Origin: an uncultured bacterium
Lineage (GTDB): Bacteria > Desulfobacterota > GWC2-55-46
Assembly: GCA_905339405.1 (NCBI GenBank)
Contig: CAJPGC010000039.1
Span: forward strand, 15,000 to 78,999
Direction: 5' to 3'
DNA length: 64,000 nucleotides
This document shows positions 47,274-56,364 of the stretch, piece by piece; positions within the stretch are counted from its first letter, which is position 1, and each line of letters starts with the position of its first letter. Position numbers and translations under genes: made by a program. The notes below the pieces were generated by a model. The model did no database searches. It saw only the letters and a program-made list of their open reading frames with translations, and was not told the DNA's origin.

Positions 47274-48314
47274 TTGTTCCTCGTGATGAGGTCGCTTCTC
47301 GTAATATTCGCTTCAGCCAGCGGATATTTCATCGTATATGAGATCGCAGGCAACAATCTCGCCTTCATCGGTCTCGTAAGCGGCCTCCTCATATCCGTCC
47401 TCGCGCTCATCTTCGAAGACAGGGTAAAGCGCACGCCGCTGCGCATAGTCATCGGCGGGGCGGTCGGCCTAATCATAGGCCTCATCGTCGCAAACCTCCT
47501 CACCTACCCGGTGATGCTCAACTTCAAGAGCAGGTACATCGAGCTCGCTGTCTATCTCCTCACAAACATCATAATCGGGTACATCGGCCTCAGCATCGGC
47601 ATGAAAAAGGGCGACGAGTTCGACTCCGAATGGTTCGCCAACCTTTTCGCCGGACGTCAGAAGGACGGAGAAGCAAAGAACGCGAAAACCCCTCAGCTGC
47701 CCCCTCTCGTCGTCGACACCAGCGTCATAATAGACGGCAGGATAGCCGAGGTCTGCGAAACTGGCTTCCTTGAGGGAGTGCTCGTCGTCCCGCAGTTCGT
47801 CCTCCAGGAATTGCAGTACATAGCCGATTCAGGCGACCCCATCAAGCGCGCTCGCGGCAAGAGGGGCCTTGACGTCCTGAAGCAGATACAGACGAACAGG
47901 AAGACGATGGTCGAGATAACCGACCGGGACTTCCCGGAGATACGCGAGGTCGACAGCAAGCTCGTGGCCCTCGCCAAAGAGCTCTCAGGCAAGATAATAA
48001 CCAACGACGCCAACCTCCACAAGATAGCCGAGCTCCACGGTGTGCGCGTGCTGAACCTCAACAAGCTCGCCACCGCCATGAAGCCGGTAGTGCTGCCCGG
48101 AGAGGTCCTGAACATACTCGTCCTCAAGGAAGGCAAAGAGCACGGCCAGGGCGTGGGATACCTCGAGGACGGCACCATGGTCGTCATAGACAACGCCAGG
48201 GAGTACGTGGGCAAGGCCATAGACGTGAACATAACGAGCGTCCTCCAGACTACCGGCGGCAGGATGATATTCTCGAAGGTGAAAGAAGACCTCAAGCGGG
48301 CCGCTTACCAATAG
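47274..48314 (+). CDS. Membrane-anchored PIN-domain plus TRAM-domain protein (YacL family)
   Basis: N-terminal TM helices. The PIN core (LVVDTSVIIDGRI...ITNDANL) and C-terminal TRAM-like OB region (GEVLNILVLKEGKEHGQGVGYLEDGTMVVI) are both present. TTG start 8 nt after AAGGGGGG. The position upstream of ispD matches Bacillus yacL. Confidence 0.7.
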   Translation: MFLVMRSLLVIFASASGYFIVYEIAGNNLAFIGLVSGLLISVLALIFEDRVKRTPLRIVIGGAVGLIIGLIVANLLTYPVMLNFKSRYIELAVYLLTNIIIGYIGLSIGMKKGDEFDSEWFANLFAGRQKDGEAKNAKTPQLPPLVVDTSVIIDGRIAEVCETGFLEGVLVVPQFVLQELQYIADSGDPIKRARGKRGLDVLKQIQTNRKTMVEITDRDFPEIREVDSKLVALAKELSGKIITNDANLHKIAELHGVRVLNLNKLATAMKPVVLPGEVLNILVLKEGKEHGQGVGYLEDGTMVVIDNAREYVGKAIDVNITSVLQTTGGRMIFSKVKEDLKRAAYQ

Positions 48315-48460
48315 CTGCCAGCAAAGCGGGCGTAGTCCAATGGTAGAAAGAAGGCTTCCCAAGCGTCTGCCCCGCTCTCCCCAAAAATCCCTTTAATTCT
48401 CCCCCTTTTTCCATTAAACTGTCCTTTTCCAGCTGTCACGACTCGCTTCTTATCCGGAAT

Positions 48461-49168
48461 ATGACAAAACCCTCATCCAAAAAAACAGTCGCCATAATAC
48501 CGTCCGCGGGCATGGGCAGGAGGATGGGCTCGAGGAAGAAGAACTATCTTACGCTCCTGGACAGGCCGGTCCTCGCCCACACTCTGGCCGCTTTCGAGAA
48601 CGCCTCTTCAATACATTCCGTCATAATCGTGGTGCCGCCGGGAGATGAAGCTTTCTGCCGGGAGGAGATAGTAGCAAAGTACGGCTTTACGAAAGTCATC
48701 GCCGTTGCGGCCGGAGGGGCCGAGCGGCAGGACTCCGTGAAAAACGGCATCAGGGCTGCCGGAAAAGATTTTCAGATCATAGCCGTTCACGACGGCGCGC
48801 GCCCGCTGGTGACGCCTGATATAATAGACCGTACAATCGGGGCCGCAGCCGAGCACGGGGCAGCCATAGCCGCGGTGGCCATAAAAGATACCGTGAAGGA
48901 ATCGTCCGGCGGTTTCGTGCGGCGCACAGTCCCGCGCGAAGACCTCCTTTCGGTGCAGACCCCGCAGGCCTTCTCAAGGGAAGTCCTGGAAGCTGCCTTC
49001 GCAAAGGCCGCCGAGGAAGGCTTCCTGGGCACTGACGAAAGCTCTCTCGTCGAGAGGGCCGGCTTTGGCGTAAGGGTCATCGAGGGCTCATACGAGAACA
49101 TCAAGATAACCACCCCCGAGGACATGGCCTTCGCCGAATGCGTACTGAAAAAAAGGCTTGGAGTTTAA
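48461..49168 (+). CDS. ispD: 2-C-methyl-D-erythritol 4-phosphate cytidylyltransferase
   Basis: VAIIPSAGMGRRMG......HDGARP are IspD motifs. Confidence 0.9.
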   Translation: MTKPSSKKTVAIIPSAGMGRRMGSRKKNYLTLLDRPVLAHTLAAFENASSIHSVIIVVPPGDEAFCREEIVAKYGFTKVIAVAAGGAERQDSVKNGIRAAGKDFQIIAVHDGARPLVTPDIIDRTIGAAAEHGAAIAAVAIKDTVKESSGGFVRRTVPREDLLSVQTPQAFSREVLEAAFAKAAEEGFLGTDESSLVERAGFGVRVIEGSYENIKITTPEDMAFAECVLKKRLGV

Positions 49169-49649
49169 GATGATAAGGACGGGTTTCGGGTACGACGTAC
49201 ACAGGCTTGTGGAGGGCAGGAAGCTCATTATGGGCGGTGTCGAGGTGCCTTTTGAAAAAGGGCTCCTCGGCCACTCCGACGCGGACGTCTTGCTGCACGC
49301 TATCATCGACGCCCTCATAGGGGCGGCAGGCCTCGGCGACATAGGCAAGCACTTCCCGCCGACAGACAACGCGTTCAAGGACATCTCCAGCATGGAGCTC
49401 CTCAAGCGCACACGGGCCCTGATAGAAGGGAAAGGATACGTCGTCAACAACATCGACTCGACAATAGTCTGCCAGGCCCCGAAGCTCCTCGGCCATATCC
49501 CCGGCATGGTGAAGAACATAGAAGACGCGCTCGGCTTGGCCTCCGGCACGGTGAACGTGAAGGCCAAGACCGAAGAAGGGCTCGGCTTCACCGGCACTGG
49601 CGAAGGCATAAAGGCCTACGCCGTCGCCCTCATCACGGAAAAGAAATAA
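49158..49649 (+). CDS. ispF: 2-C-methyl-D-erythritol 2,4-cyclodiphosphate synthase
   Basis: IRTGFGYDVHRL...GHSDADVLLHAI...DIGKHFP are IspF motifs. It overlaps ispD and gltX, so the three are operonic. Confidence 0.9.
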   Translation: MEFKMIRTGFGYDVHRLVEGRKLIMGGVEVPFEKGLLGHSDADVLLHAIIDALIGAAGLGDIGKHFPPTDNAFKDISSMELLKRTRALIEGKGYVVNNIDSTIVCQAPKLLGHIPGMVKNIEDALGLASGTVNVKAKTEEGLGFTGTGEGIKAYAVALITEKK

Positions 49650-51037
49650 TGCCAAACGTCCGCACAAGGTTTGCCCCCAGCCCCACTGGACGCCTGCACA
49701 TAGGGAACGTCCGCACCGCGCTCTTCAACTGGCTCTTCGCCAAAGAGCGCGGCGGGAGTTTCGTCCTCCGCATAGAGGACACGGACACCGCCCGGAGCCG
49801 CTTCGAGTACGAGCTTTCGATAATCGAAGACCTCAAATGGCTCGGCCTCGAGTGGGACGAGGGGCCTGACAAAGGCGGGGAGTTCGGCCCTTACCGCCAG
49901 TCAGAAAGACGTTCGCTGCACAAGGCGGCCGCCGTGAGGCTCGTGACAGAAGGCAAGGCCTACAAGTGCTATTGCACCAAAGAGCAGCTGGAGGACCTCA
50001 AGTCCGCGCAAATGGCCGCAGGCCTGCCGCCCCGTTATGACGGCAGGTGCAGGGAGCTGGCCCCTGAAGCCATGCAGCCCGGCGCGCCCTTTACCGTCCG
50101 CTTCCGCGTGCCTGAAAAGGACGTGCGAGTAGACGACGGCGTGCACGGCCTTCTGGCATTCGACTCGCGCAACATCGGGGATTTTGTCATAGTCGGCTCA
50201 GACGGGGTCGCGGCCTACAACTTCGCCGCAGTTGTCGACGACGCGCTCATGAACGTCACGCACGTAATAAGGGGCGACGACCACCTCTCGAACACGCCCA
50301 GGCAGCTCCTCCTTTTCGAGGCCCTCGAGTTGAAGGCCCCGGAGTTCACGCACATCCCGCTCGTGCTCGGCCCTGACAAGACGCCATTGTCCAAGCGTCA
50401 CGGCTCTTTTTCGATTGAAGAGATAAGGGCAGGCGGCTTTCTGCCGGAGGCGGTCGTGAACGCGGTCGCCAGGCTCGGCTGGAACCCCGGTGAAAGCCTG
50501 GTGGAGCTTGCCGAACTCGCGCCGCTGTTTTCGATAGATAAGCTCTCGGCGAGCCCCTCGGAATTCAACGTGGAGAGGCTCAAGTTTTACAACAAGGCCG
50601 CGATACAGAAGAGCAAGGCCGAAAGGCTCATCGAGCTCTCTTCGCTTTCTACGGCAGGCGGTCCCGAGGAGACCGAACGCGTGGTCGAGGCCGTCAAGGG
50701 CAACGCATCAGACCTGAAGGAACTGAAAGAGCTCTCCCTTCCATTCTTGACAGAGCCGCAGCCCGGCGAGGAAGAGGAAAAAGAGCTTTCAGAGCCGCAC
50801 GCCAGGGCCGTCGTCAAGGCCTTCAGGCAGGAGCTTGAAAAAATTGAAGCGATAGACCAGGGCTCGTACAAGGAGCTGGTCGAAGCGGTGAAGGCAGCAA
50901 CCGGCGAGAAGGGTAAGCGCCTGTTGATGCCCTTGAGGCTCGCCTTGACCGGCACCCACAGCGGCATTGAGCTGGCCGGGGTTTTGACGCTTCTGGGGAA
51001 AGAACGGGCAGTTCAAAGGCTCAGGAAGTACGAGTAG
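49649..51037 (+). CDS. gltX: Glutamyl-tRNA synthetase
   Basis: RTRFAPSPTGRLHIGNVRTALFNWLFA (HIGH motif) and the KMSKR-type motif LSKRHG. Confidence 0.9.
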   Translation: MPNVRTRFAPSPTGRLHIGNVRTALFNWLFAKERGGSFVLRIEDTDTARSRFEYELSIIEDLKWLGLEWDEGPDKGGEFGPYRQSERRSLHKAAAVRLVTEGKAYKCYCTKEQLEDLKSAQMAAGLPPRYDGRCRELAPEAMQPGAPFTVRFRVPEKDVRVDDGVHGLLAFDSRNIGDFVIVGSDGVAAYNFAAVVDDALMNVTHVIRGDDHLSNTPRQLLLFEALELKAPEFTHIPLVLGPDKTPLSKRHGSFSIEEIRAGGFLPEAVVNAVARLGWNPGESLVELAELAPLFSIDKLSASPSEFNVERLKFYNKAAIQKSKAERLIELSSLSTAGGPEETERVVEAVKGNASDLKELKELSLPFLTEPQPGEEEEKELSEPHARAVVKAFRQELEKIEAIDQGSYKELVEAVKAATGEKGKRLLMPLRLALTGTHSGIELAGVLTLLGKERAVQRLRKYE

Positions 51038-51045
51038 TTTGCTTA

Positions 51046-51172
51046 CTCAGGCTGTTCAAAAAGCTCCATATGCTAGGCGTCGAGGAGCGAGCCGCGGAGC
51101 ATACTTGAGAAGTATGTGAGCAGGCGAGCGACGCTTACAACAACGCAAATGAAACTTTTTCAGCAGCCTGCT
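51046..51172. repeat. Intergenic repeat family B, copy 1 (about 125 bp; terminal inverted repeats GCTGTTCAAAAAGCTCCATATGC / GCAAATGAAACTTTTTCAGCAGC, central hairpin CATACTTGAGAAGTATG)
   Basis: Matches 62990-63112. Flanks and inner GCGTCG/CGACGC stem are conserved, while the central hairpin has a different sequence. Confidence 0.6.
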
Positions 51173-51202
51173 TGATACGAATAATTTTTCAAGGAGTGCC
51201 TT

Positions 51203-52648
51203 ATGACCATAAAACTCTACAACTCGCTCACCAGAAAAAAAGAGGACTTCGAGCCCTCGACCCCCGGCAAAGTCACCATGTACGTATGCGGGCCGACGGT
51301 GTATGCATTGAGCCACATAGGCCATGCCAGGAGCGCGGTATCCTTCGACTCGATACAGAGGTTCCTTCGCTACAGGGGCTTCGAAGTCAAGTACGCGCGC
51401 AACTATACGGACGTCGACGACAAGATAATAAACAAGGCCAATGAAGAAGGCGTGCCTCCGCAGGAGCTCGCGGAGAGGTTCATAAAAGCCTTTGACGACG
51501 ACATGGCCGCCCTTCACGTGCAGCTGCCCGACATCAGGCCGAAGGCCACGGAGTCCATCGAAAAGATAATCAACGTGACAGGCTCTCTCATCAAGAAGGG
51601 GGCCGCCTACGAAATCGACGGCGACGTCTATTATTCCGTCCGCAGCAAGAAAGACTACGGCAAGCTTTCCGGCAAGAACATAGACGACCTCGAAAGCGGC
51701 GCGAGGGTGGACGTTGACGAGCGCAAGAAAGACCCGCTGGACTTCGCCCTCTGGAAGGCGAGCAAGCCCGGCGAGCCCTTCTGGGAGAGCCCGTGGGGCA
51801 AGGGGCGGCCCGGCTGGCACATCGAGTGCACTGCGATGGTCATGGAGTGGCTCGGCGAGACCATAGACATACACGGCGGCGGCAAGGACCTCATATTCCC
51901 GCACCACGAAAACGAGATAGCGCAGTCAGAGGCCGCCACAGGCAAGGCCCCCTACGTGAAGTACTGGCTCCACAACGGCTTCGTGAACATCGAAAAAGAG
52001 AAGATGAGCAAGTCGCTCGGCAACATACTCAACATAAGGGACGCGCTCGTCGACCACACCGCCGAAGCCATAAGGCTCTTCCTCCTCTCCAGCCATTACA
52101 GGTCTCCAATCGACTACACGAGGGAGTCCCTCCGTGACGCCGAATCAGCCGTCGAGCGCTTCTACAAGACCGTCCAGCGCGTCTCGGAGGAGTTCCCCAA
52201 CGTGCTCGAGGCAGAGTTCTGCCATTCGTGCATACAGGACAAGCTCGACGAGGCCTTCTCACCGATGGAGGACGACTTCAACACAGCCGAGGTCGTGGGC
52301 AACCTCTTCAAAGAGATGACCCGCATGAACAAGGCGCTGGACGAAGCCAAGGCCACCGGCAGCAGGAAAGGCGTCTGGGAAGAGCTCTCATACTCGCTGG
52401 GCATAATAAAAGAGGCCTCGAAGTTCCTCGGCATATTCGACCGCACGCCTGAGGAGTACTTCAAAGACAAGAACTCGCGCGCGGCCGTCCCTGCCGAAGA
52501 GGTCGAAAGGCTCATCAACGAGCGCAACGAGGCGAGAAAGAATAAAGACTTCGCAAGGGCCGACGCGATAAGAAAAGAGCTGCTGGACAAGGGCATATTG
52601 CTCGAGGACTCGGCCAAGGGCACGACCTGGAGCGTGAAGACGCAGTAA
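51203..52648 (+). CDS. cysS: Cysteinyl-tRNA synthetase
   Basis: CGPTVYALSHIGHARSAV (HIGH), KMSKSLGN, and zinc-ligand Cys/His residues. Confidence 0.95.
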   Translation: MTIKLYNSLTRKKEDFEPSTPGKVTMYVCGPTVYALSHIGHARSAVSFDSIQRFLRYRGFEVKYARNYTDVDDKIINKANEEGVPPQELAERFIKAFDDDMAALHVQLPDIRPKATESIEKIINVTGSLIKKGAAYEIDGDVYYSVRSKKDYGKLSGKNIDDLESGARVDVDERKKDPLDFALWKASKPGEPFWESPWGKGRPGWHIECTAMVMEWLGETIDIHGGGKDLIFPHHENEIAQSEAATGKAPYVKYWLHNGFVNIEKEKMSKSLGNILNIRDALVDHTAEAIRLFLLSSHYRSPIDYTRESLRDAESAVERFYKTVQRVSEEFPNVLEAEFCHSCIQDKLDEAFSPMEDDFNTAEVVGNLFKEMTRMNKALDEAKATGSRKGVWEELSYSLGIIKEASKFLGIFDRTPEEYFKDKNSRAAVPAEEVERLINERNEARKNKDFARADAIRKELLDKGILLEDSAKGTTWSVKTQ

Positions 52649-52734
52649 GAGAATGGTGCGACAGCGCTCTCCTCACTGAAAAAAAAATGAAATGAATAGC
52701 TTTGTTGGTTGGGTTGGCGTAGCGTAACCCAACA

Positions 52735-52840
52735 AAAATGTCATTCTGAGCGAAGCGAAGAATCACGGCTTTTATAAACAGCCGCGAGCATTGCGACGAG
52801 ATTCTTCGGTCGCTACGCTTCCTCAAAATGACAACAAAAC
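52735..52840. repeat. Hairpin-forming repeat C (GTCATTCTGAGCGAAGCGAAGAATC ... GATTCTTCGGTCGCTACGCTTCCTCAAAATGAC). Its right arm recurs at 53295-53335
   Basis: Imperfect inverted repeat read directly. The second partial copy (AGATTCTTCGGGCGCTACGCTCCCTCAGAATGACAA) lies on the far side of repeat A3. Confidence 0.45.
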
Positions 52841-53062
52841 ACCTCTAATCCCTCTCCTTTGTTGGATAGGAAGTTTTTGGAACTTGTATTTAACACATAC
52901 ACTGTAACAGGACGGTATTTTGGCAAGGCACTTCGAGCGCGACAGCGCGCGAGGTGGAATGGTGGGCACCCCACCCTACCCTCTGAGATTGCTTCGCTCC
53001 GCACGCGATGACAAACCCTCTCCCACAAGTGGAGAGGGTTTTTGCTTTGCCTTTAACCCAGA

Positions 53063-53215
53063 CACCGTAACAGGGCGGAGCGCGCCTAAGGGAGGAAGAG
53101 GCGGAGCCGAGGCTGTCGGGAGCGAAGCGACCTCAGTGGCGAGGTTCGCGAGTGGGGGAGGAAGAAAGCGCGTAGAGCCCTGTTACAGAAAGCGGCGGCA
53201 GCCGCGTTACGCGGT
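53063..53215. repeat. Intergenic repeat family A, copy 3 (reverse orientation)
   Basis: Reverse complement matches copies 1 and 2 (CCGTAACAGGGCGGAGCGCGCCTAAGGGAGG...GTCGGGAGCGAAGCGACCTCAGTGGCGAGGTTCGCG...CTGTTACAG). Flanked by 23-bp direct repeats TTCGAGCGCG(A/G)CAGCGCGCGA at 52930-52952 and 53234-53256. Confidence 0.7.
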
Positions 53216-53436
53216 ATTTCAGCGAAGCATTTCGAGCGCGGCAGCGCGCGAACAAGTTGGCGAAAGCCTCAAACACCCTGCTCAAAAAAGACGAGATTCT
53301 TCGGGCGCTACGCTCCCTCAGAATGACAAATTAATCCCATGTCCCCCTTCAAAAAAGAAGGGATATTCAATGACAGTGAAATAAAAAAAGGCGGTCAGCT
53401 TTCGCTGACCGCCCTTTTCAATTCATGCCCAACCCC

Positions 53437-53814
53437 TTACCGGGCGCTTATCCACTCGTCTATCTCGTCCCGCGTAGCGTCGTCAAGGTCGAGGAACTTG
53501 ATGCCCATGCCCGGCTCCTGCTTCACGAGAGAGTCGTACTCTCTCACCCACACGACGACGGCCCTGCATTTAATCTCGCGGCCCAGTTCGTCGAGCTTGA
53601 AGGTTATCTCGAACTCCTCGGCCATCTTCCTCGGGTTCACGGAAGAGATGAACATCCCTCCCCTGCTTATGGTTTTCGCGTACCCGAAGAAAACGCCCCG
53701 GTTGTCCTCGCCCCTTATCTTGAGGACAAGGAGCTGCGTCCGGAGGTTCTTCCTCCTGTCGGAACGAAGGAGCACGTACTCGTCTTCGGGCTGGTGCTTT
53801 TTACCACTTCCCAT
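53437..53814 (-). CDS. PilZ-domain protein (c-di-GMP receptor)
   Basis: The RxxxR motif (RSDRRKNLR) and the D/NxSxGG motif (TISRGGMFISS), at the spacing expected for PilZ. Confidence 0.7.
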   Translation of the reverse strand: MGSGKKHQPEDEYVLLRSDRRKNLRTQLLVLKIRGEDNRGVFFGYAKTISRGGMFISSVNPRKMAEEFEITFKLDELGREIKCRAVVVWVREYDSLVKQEPGMGIKFLDLDDATRDEIDEWISAR

Positions 53815-54334
53815 AATGGATTATCTCCGCGAGAGGTTTTCTGGCCTTGTCCTCTGTAACCAGTTCTTTTTCAGGATAGCCGACGGCTATTACCGCGACT
53901 ATCTCTATGTGCTCCGGTATCCCGAGCTTCCCTTTGACCAGGCCGGGCTCCACGGCTGCCACCCAGCAGCTCCCGAGCCCTTCGGCAGTGGCCGCGCCTA
54001 TCATCTCGGTCACCGCTATCGTCACGTCGACCCACGCGTAATTGACCTTGTCGGCGCGCCTGGTCCATGCCTGTGAAGGGTCGGCGCAGGCGACGATGAG
54101 AAGGGGGGCCTTTTTAAACCCTTCCTTCGTGAAGACGTCCGCCATGGCGGCCCTCTCGTCCTTGTCGACTACGACGACGAACTGCCAGGGCTGGCGGTTG
54201 GCCGCGCTCTGCGCCCTCCGGAGCGACTCCAGGAGCCTGTCTATCTTTTCAGGCTCGACCAGCCTTTCAGAGAACTCGCGGACGCTTTTTCTCCGCCAGT
54301 AAAGGTCGTAAAAGTTTTTGAGCTTGCCGTCCAC
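53801..54334 (-). CDS. Nitroreductase-family protein
   Basis: RRSVREF..., ...PWQFVVV, and GAATAEGLGSCWV are nitroreductase fold motifs. Confidence 0.75.
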   Translation of the reverse strand: MDGKLKNFYDLYWRRKSVREFSERLVEPEKIDRLLESLRRAQSAANRQPWQFVVVVDKDERAAMADVFTKEGFKKAPLLIVACADPSQAWTRRADKVNYAWVDVTIAVTEMIGAATAEGLGSCWVAAVEPGLVKGKLGIPEHIEIVAVIAVGYPEKELVTEDKARKPLAEIIHYGKW

Positions 54335-54352
54335 TTCCCCGTATTCCTCCCC

Positions 54353-55261
54353 TCAAATAAGGGCGTCGACGAAGTCCCTCGCGTCGAACACCTTCAGGTC
54401 GTCTATGCTCTCCCCCACCCCTATGAAACGGATGGGTATCTTCAATTCCTTCGCGATGGCGATTATTATCCCGCCCTTCGCGGTGCCGTCGAGCTTCGTA
54501 AGCGCTATGCCAGTGACCCCCACGGCCTCGTTGAAAAGCCTGGCCTGGTTGAGGGCGTTCTGCCCTGTCGAAGCGTCGAGCACCAGGAGCTTTTCATGGG
54601 GCGAGCCGGCCAATTCCCTGGCGGCCACTCTCTGTACCTTTTTGAGCTCCTCCATAAGGTTTACCTTAGTATGGAGCCTCCCGGCGGTGTCAAGAATCAC
54701 AACGTCGGTCCTTCTCGCCTCTGCGGCCTTCATGGCGTCGAAAATTACCGCGCCGGGGTCCCCGCCGTGCGCCTGCCGTATGACCGGGCACCCTGCCCTC
54801 TGCCCCCAGCCTTCGAGCTGCTCTATTGCGGCGGCCCTGAAGGTGTCTCCGGCCGCGAGCAGGACAGAGCGGCCTTCAGAGGAGTACTTCGAGGCGAGCT
54901 TGCCTATCGTGGTCGTCTTGCCGACCCCGTTCACCCCGAGCACCATGATGACGAAGGGCCTCTCGTTCAGCTCGAGCGGCCTCTCGACTTCCCTTAATAT
55001 TGAGTATATCGAGTCTTTTAGAAAAGACTTGAGCTTTTCCGGGTCGTTACCGATAAGTTTGGTCCGGAGGCCATCGACTATCTCGGTGGCGGCGTTGACC
55101 CCTACATCAGAAAGGATGAGCGCCTCCTCCAGTTTCTCCAGCAGGTCTTCCCTGGATTCCCCGGAAAATACGGCCTCGACGTTGCCCATTATCGCGTTAT
55201 GGGTCCTGGCAAGACCGGCCTTCAGGCTCTCGAAACCAGCTTTGAGCTTTTTGAACATCAC
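54353..55261 (-). CDS. ftsY: Signal recognition particle receptor FtsY (NG-domain form)
   Basis: MVLGVNGVGKTTTIGKLA, DTAGRLH, and TKLDGTAKGG are SRP-GTPase G1/G3/G4 motifs. Confidence 0.9.
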   Translation of the reverse strand: MMFKKLKAGFESLKAGLARTHNAIMGNVEAVFSGESREDLLEKLEEALILSDVGVNAATEIVDGLRTKLIGNDPEKLKSFLKDSIYSILREVERPLELNERPFVIMVLGVNGVGKTTTIGKLASKYSSEGRSVLLAAGDTFRAAAIEQLEGWGQRAGCPVIRQAHGGDPGAVIFDAMKAAEARRTDVVILDTAGRLHTKVNLMEELKKVQRVAARELAGSPHEKLLVLDASTGQNALNQARLFNEAVGVTGIALTKLDGTAKGGIIIAIAKELKIPIRFIGVGESIDDLKVFDARDFVDALI

Positions 55262-55518
55262 TTCCCCTTTTATTTGGATATCGTCTTTTTAGCATAAAAG
55301 ACGTTTTATTAGTAGTTTTTTAAACGGCCCGGCCAGCCCTTATTTCCATTATAACCGTCCAAACCGTCTGCAAATAGGAATAAAAGTAAAAAATGGGCTT
55401 GCATACAGCCGTTAAAAATGATAAATAAATCGTGAATCACAGGCCGTCCTTTAAACAGCAACCTCAAAGGCCTCCTCCTCGAACCCCATCCAGAACATAA
55501 AGGCCCCAAAAAGAGCGA

Positions 55519-56364
55519 ATGTCCGTACTGAAGCTCACAAGAGCGTTGGCGCTGGCGCTTATGTTGCCGCAGCTTGCCCTGCTGGCCCTTTGCGTATTTT
55601 ACGCAGGCGGCCTCAACATGGCAGTCGGCGCAGCCGGTGCGGCGGCGTTCGCGTTCCAGGCTGCCGCCTACCTCATGCTCTCGAAAAAAGTGGCAAGGCC
55701 GCTCAGAGAACTTGCCGCCGCCTCTGCCGGCAAAGTGCCGTTCCTGCCGGGCCGGAGTTTCCCCTCGGAGATCGAATCGATAAAGTCTTACGTCTTGAGC
55801 GCCGGAGCCCTTCTCGAAGAATACAGGGAGCAGTACAGGGACCTTCTCACGAGCATCCCTGACATACTCCTCGAGCTCGACAGGTCAGGCTCGGTCCTGT
55901 TCGTCAACAGGGCCGCACTCGCTCTCACGGGCTACTCCGAAGACGAAGTGCTCGGCAAACCGTTCCTGGAGCTCATGGAGGCGGAATGGCGGCCGCGCTG
56001 GCTTCACGCGCTCTCCATGCTGCAGGACGGAGAACCGGCCGGGAACATCGACCTCAAGATGACCCTTGCCGGGGGCGGCGCGAGCTTCTTCGAATTCAGC
56101 GCGGTCCCGGTCTGGAAAAACAACCTCGTGGCCGGCTTCTGCTGCGTCGGGCGCGACATCGAGGAGCGAAGGAAAATAATTACCGAACTGGAAGCGGCAA
56201 GGAGGCACGCCGAGGAAGCCTCCCTGAAGCTCAAAAAAACCGTAAACGACCTCGAGGAGTTCTCGCTGCTTGCCGTCCGGCGCGAGCTCAAGATGCAGGA
56301 GCTGCGCGAGATGTTCGTGAGGCTCAAGGAGGAACATGAGATTAACAAGGAATTCCCGGGCTGA
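55519..56364 (+). CDS. Membrane-anchored PAS-domain sensor protein with a C-terminal coiled coil (no output domain)
   Basis: Two N-terminal TM segments, a PAS core (SIPDILLELDRSGSVLFVNRAALALTGYSEDEVLGKPF), then a charged helical tail. Its 3' end overlaps the next gene by 29 nt in another frame. Confidence 0.6.
   Translation: MSVLKLTRALALALMLPQLALLALCVFYAGGLNMAVGAAGAAAFAFQAAAYLMLSKKVARPLRELAAASAGKVPFLPGRSFPSEIESIKSYVLSAGALLEEYREQYRDLLTSIPDILLELDRSGSVLFVNRAALALTGYSEDEVLGKPFLELMEAEWRPRWLHALSMLQDGEPAGNIDLKMTLAGGGASFFEFSAVPVWKNNLVAGFCCVGRDIEERRKIITELEAARRHAEEASLKLKKTVNDLEEFSLLAVRRELKMQELREMFVRLKEEHEINKEFPG

Noticed and set aside
48330-48410. tRNA-like start GCGGGCGTAGTCCAATGGTAGAA in the yacL–ispD spacer
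   Set aside because: A D-arm and acceptor stem cannot be completed, and no anticodon or T-arm is present. Not a tRNA.
51038-51202. T-box leader upstream of cysS
   Set aside because: No T-box consensus (AGGGUGGNACCGCG). The spacer is instead fully explained by repeat family B, which recurs near glnA.
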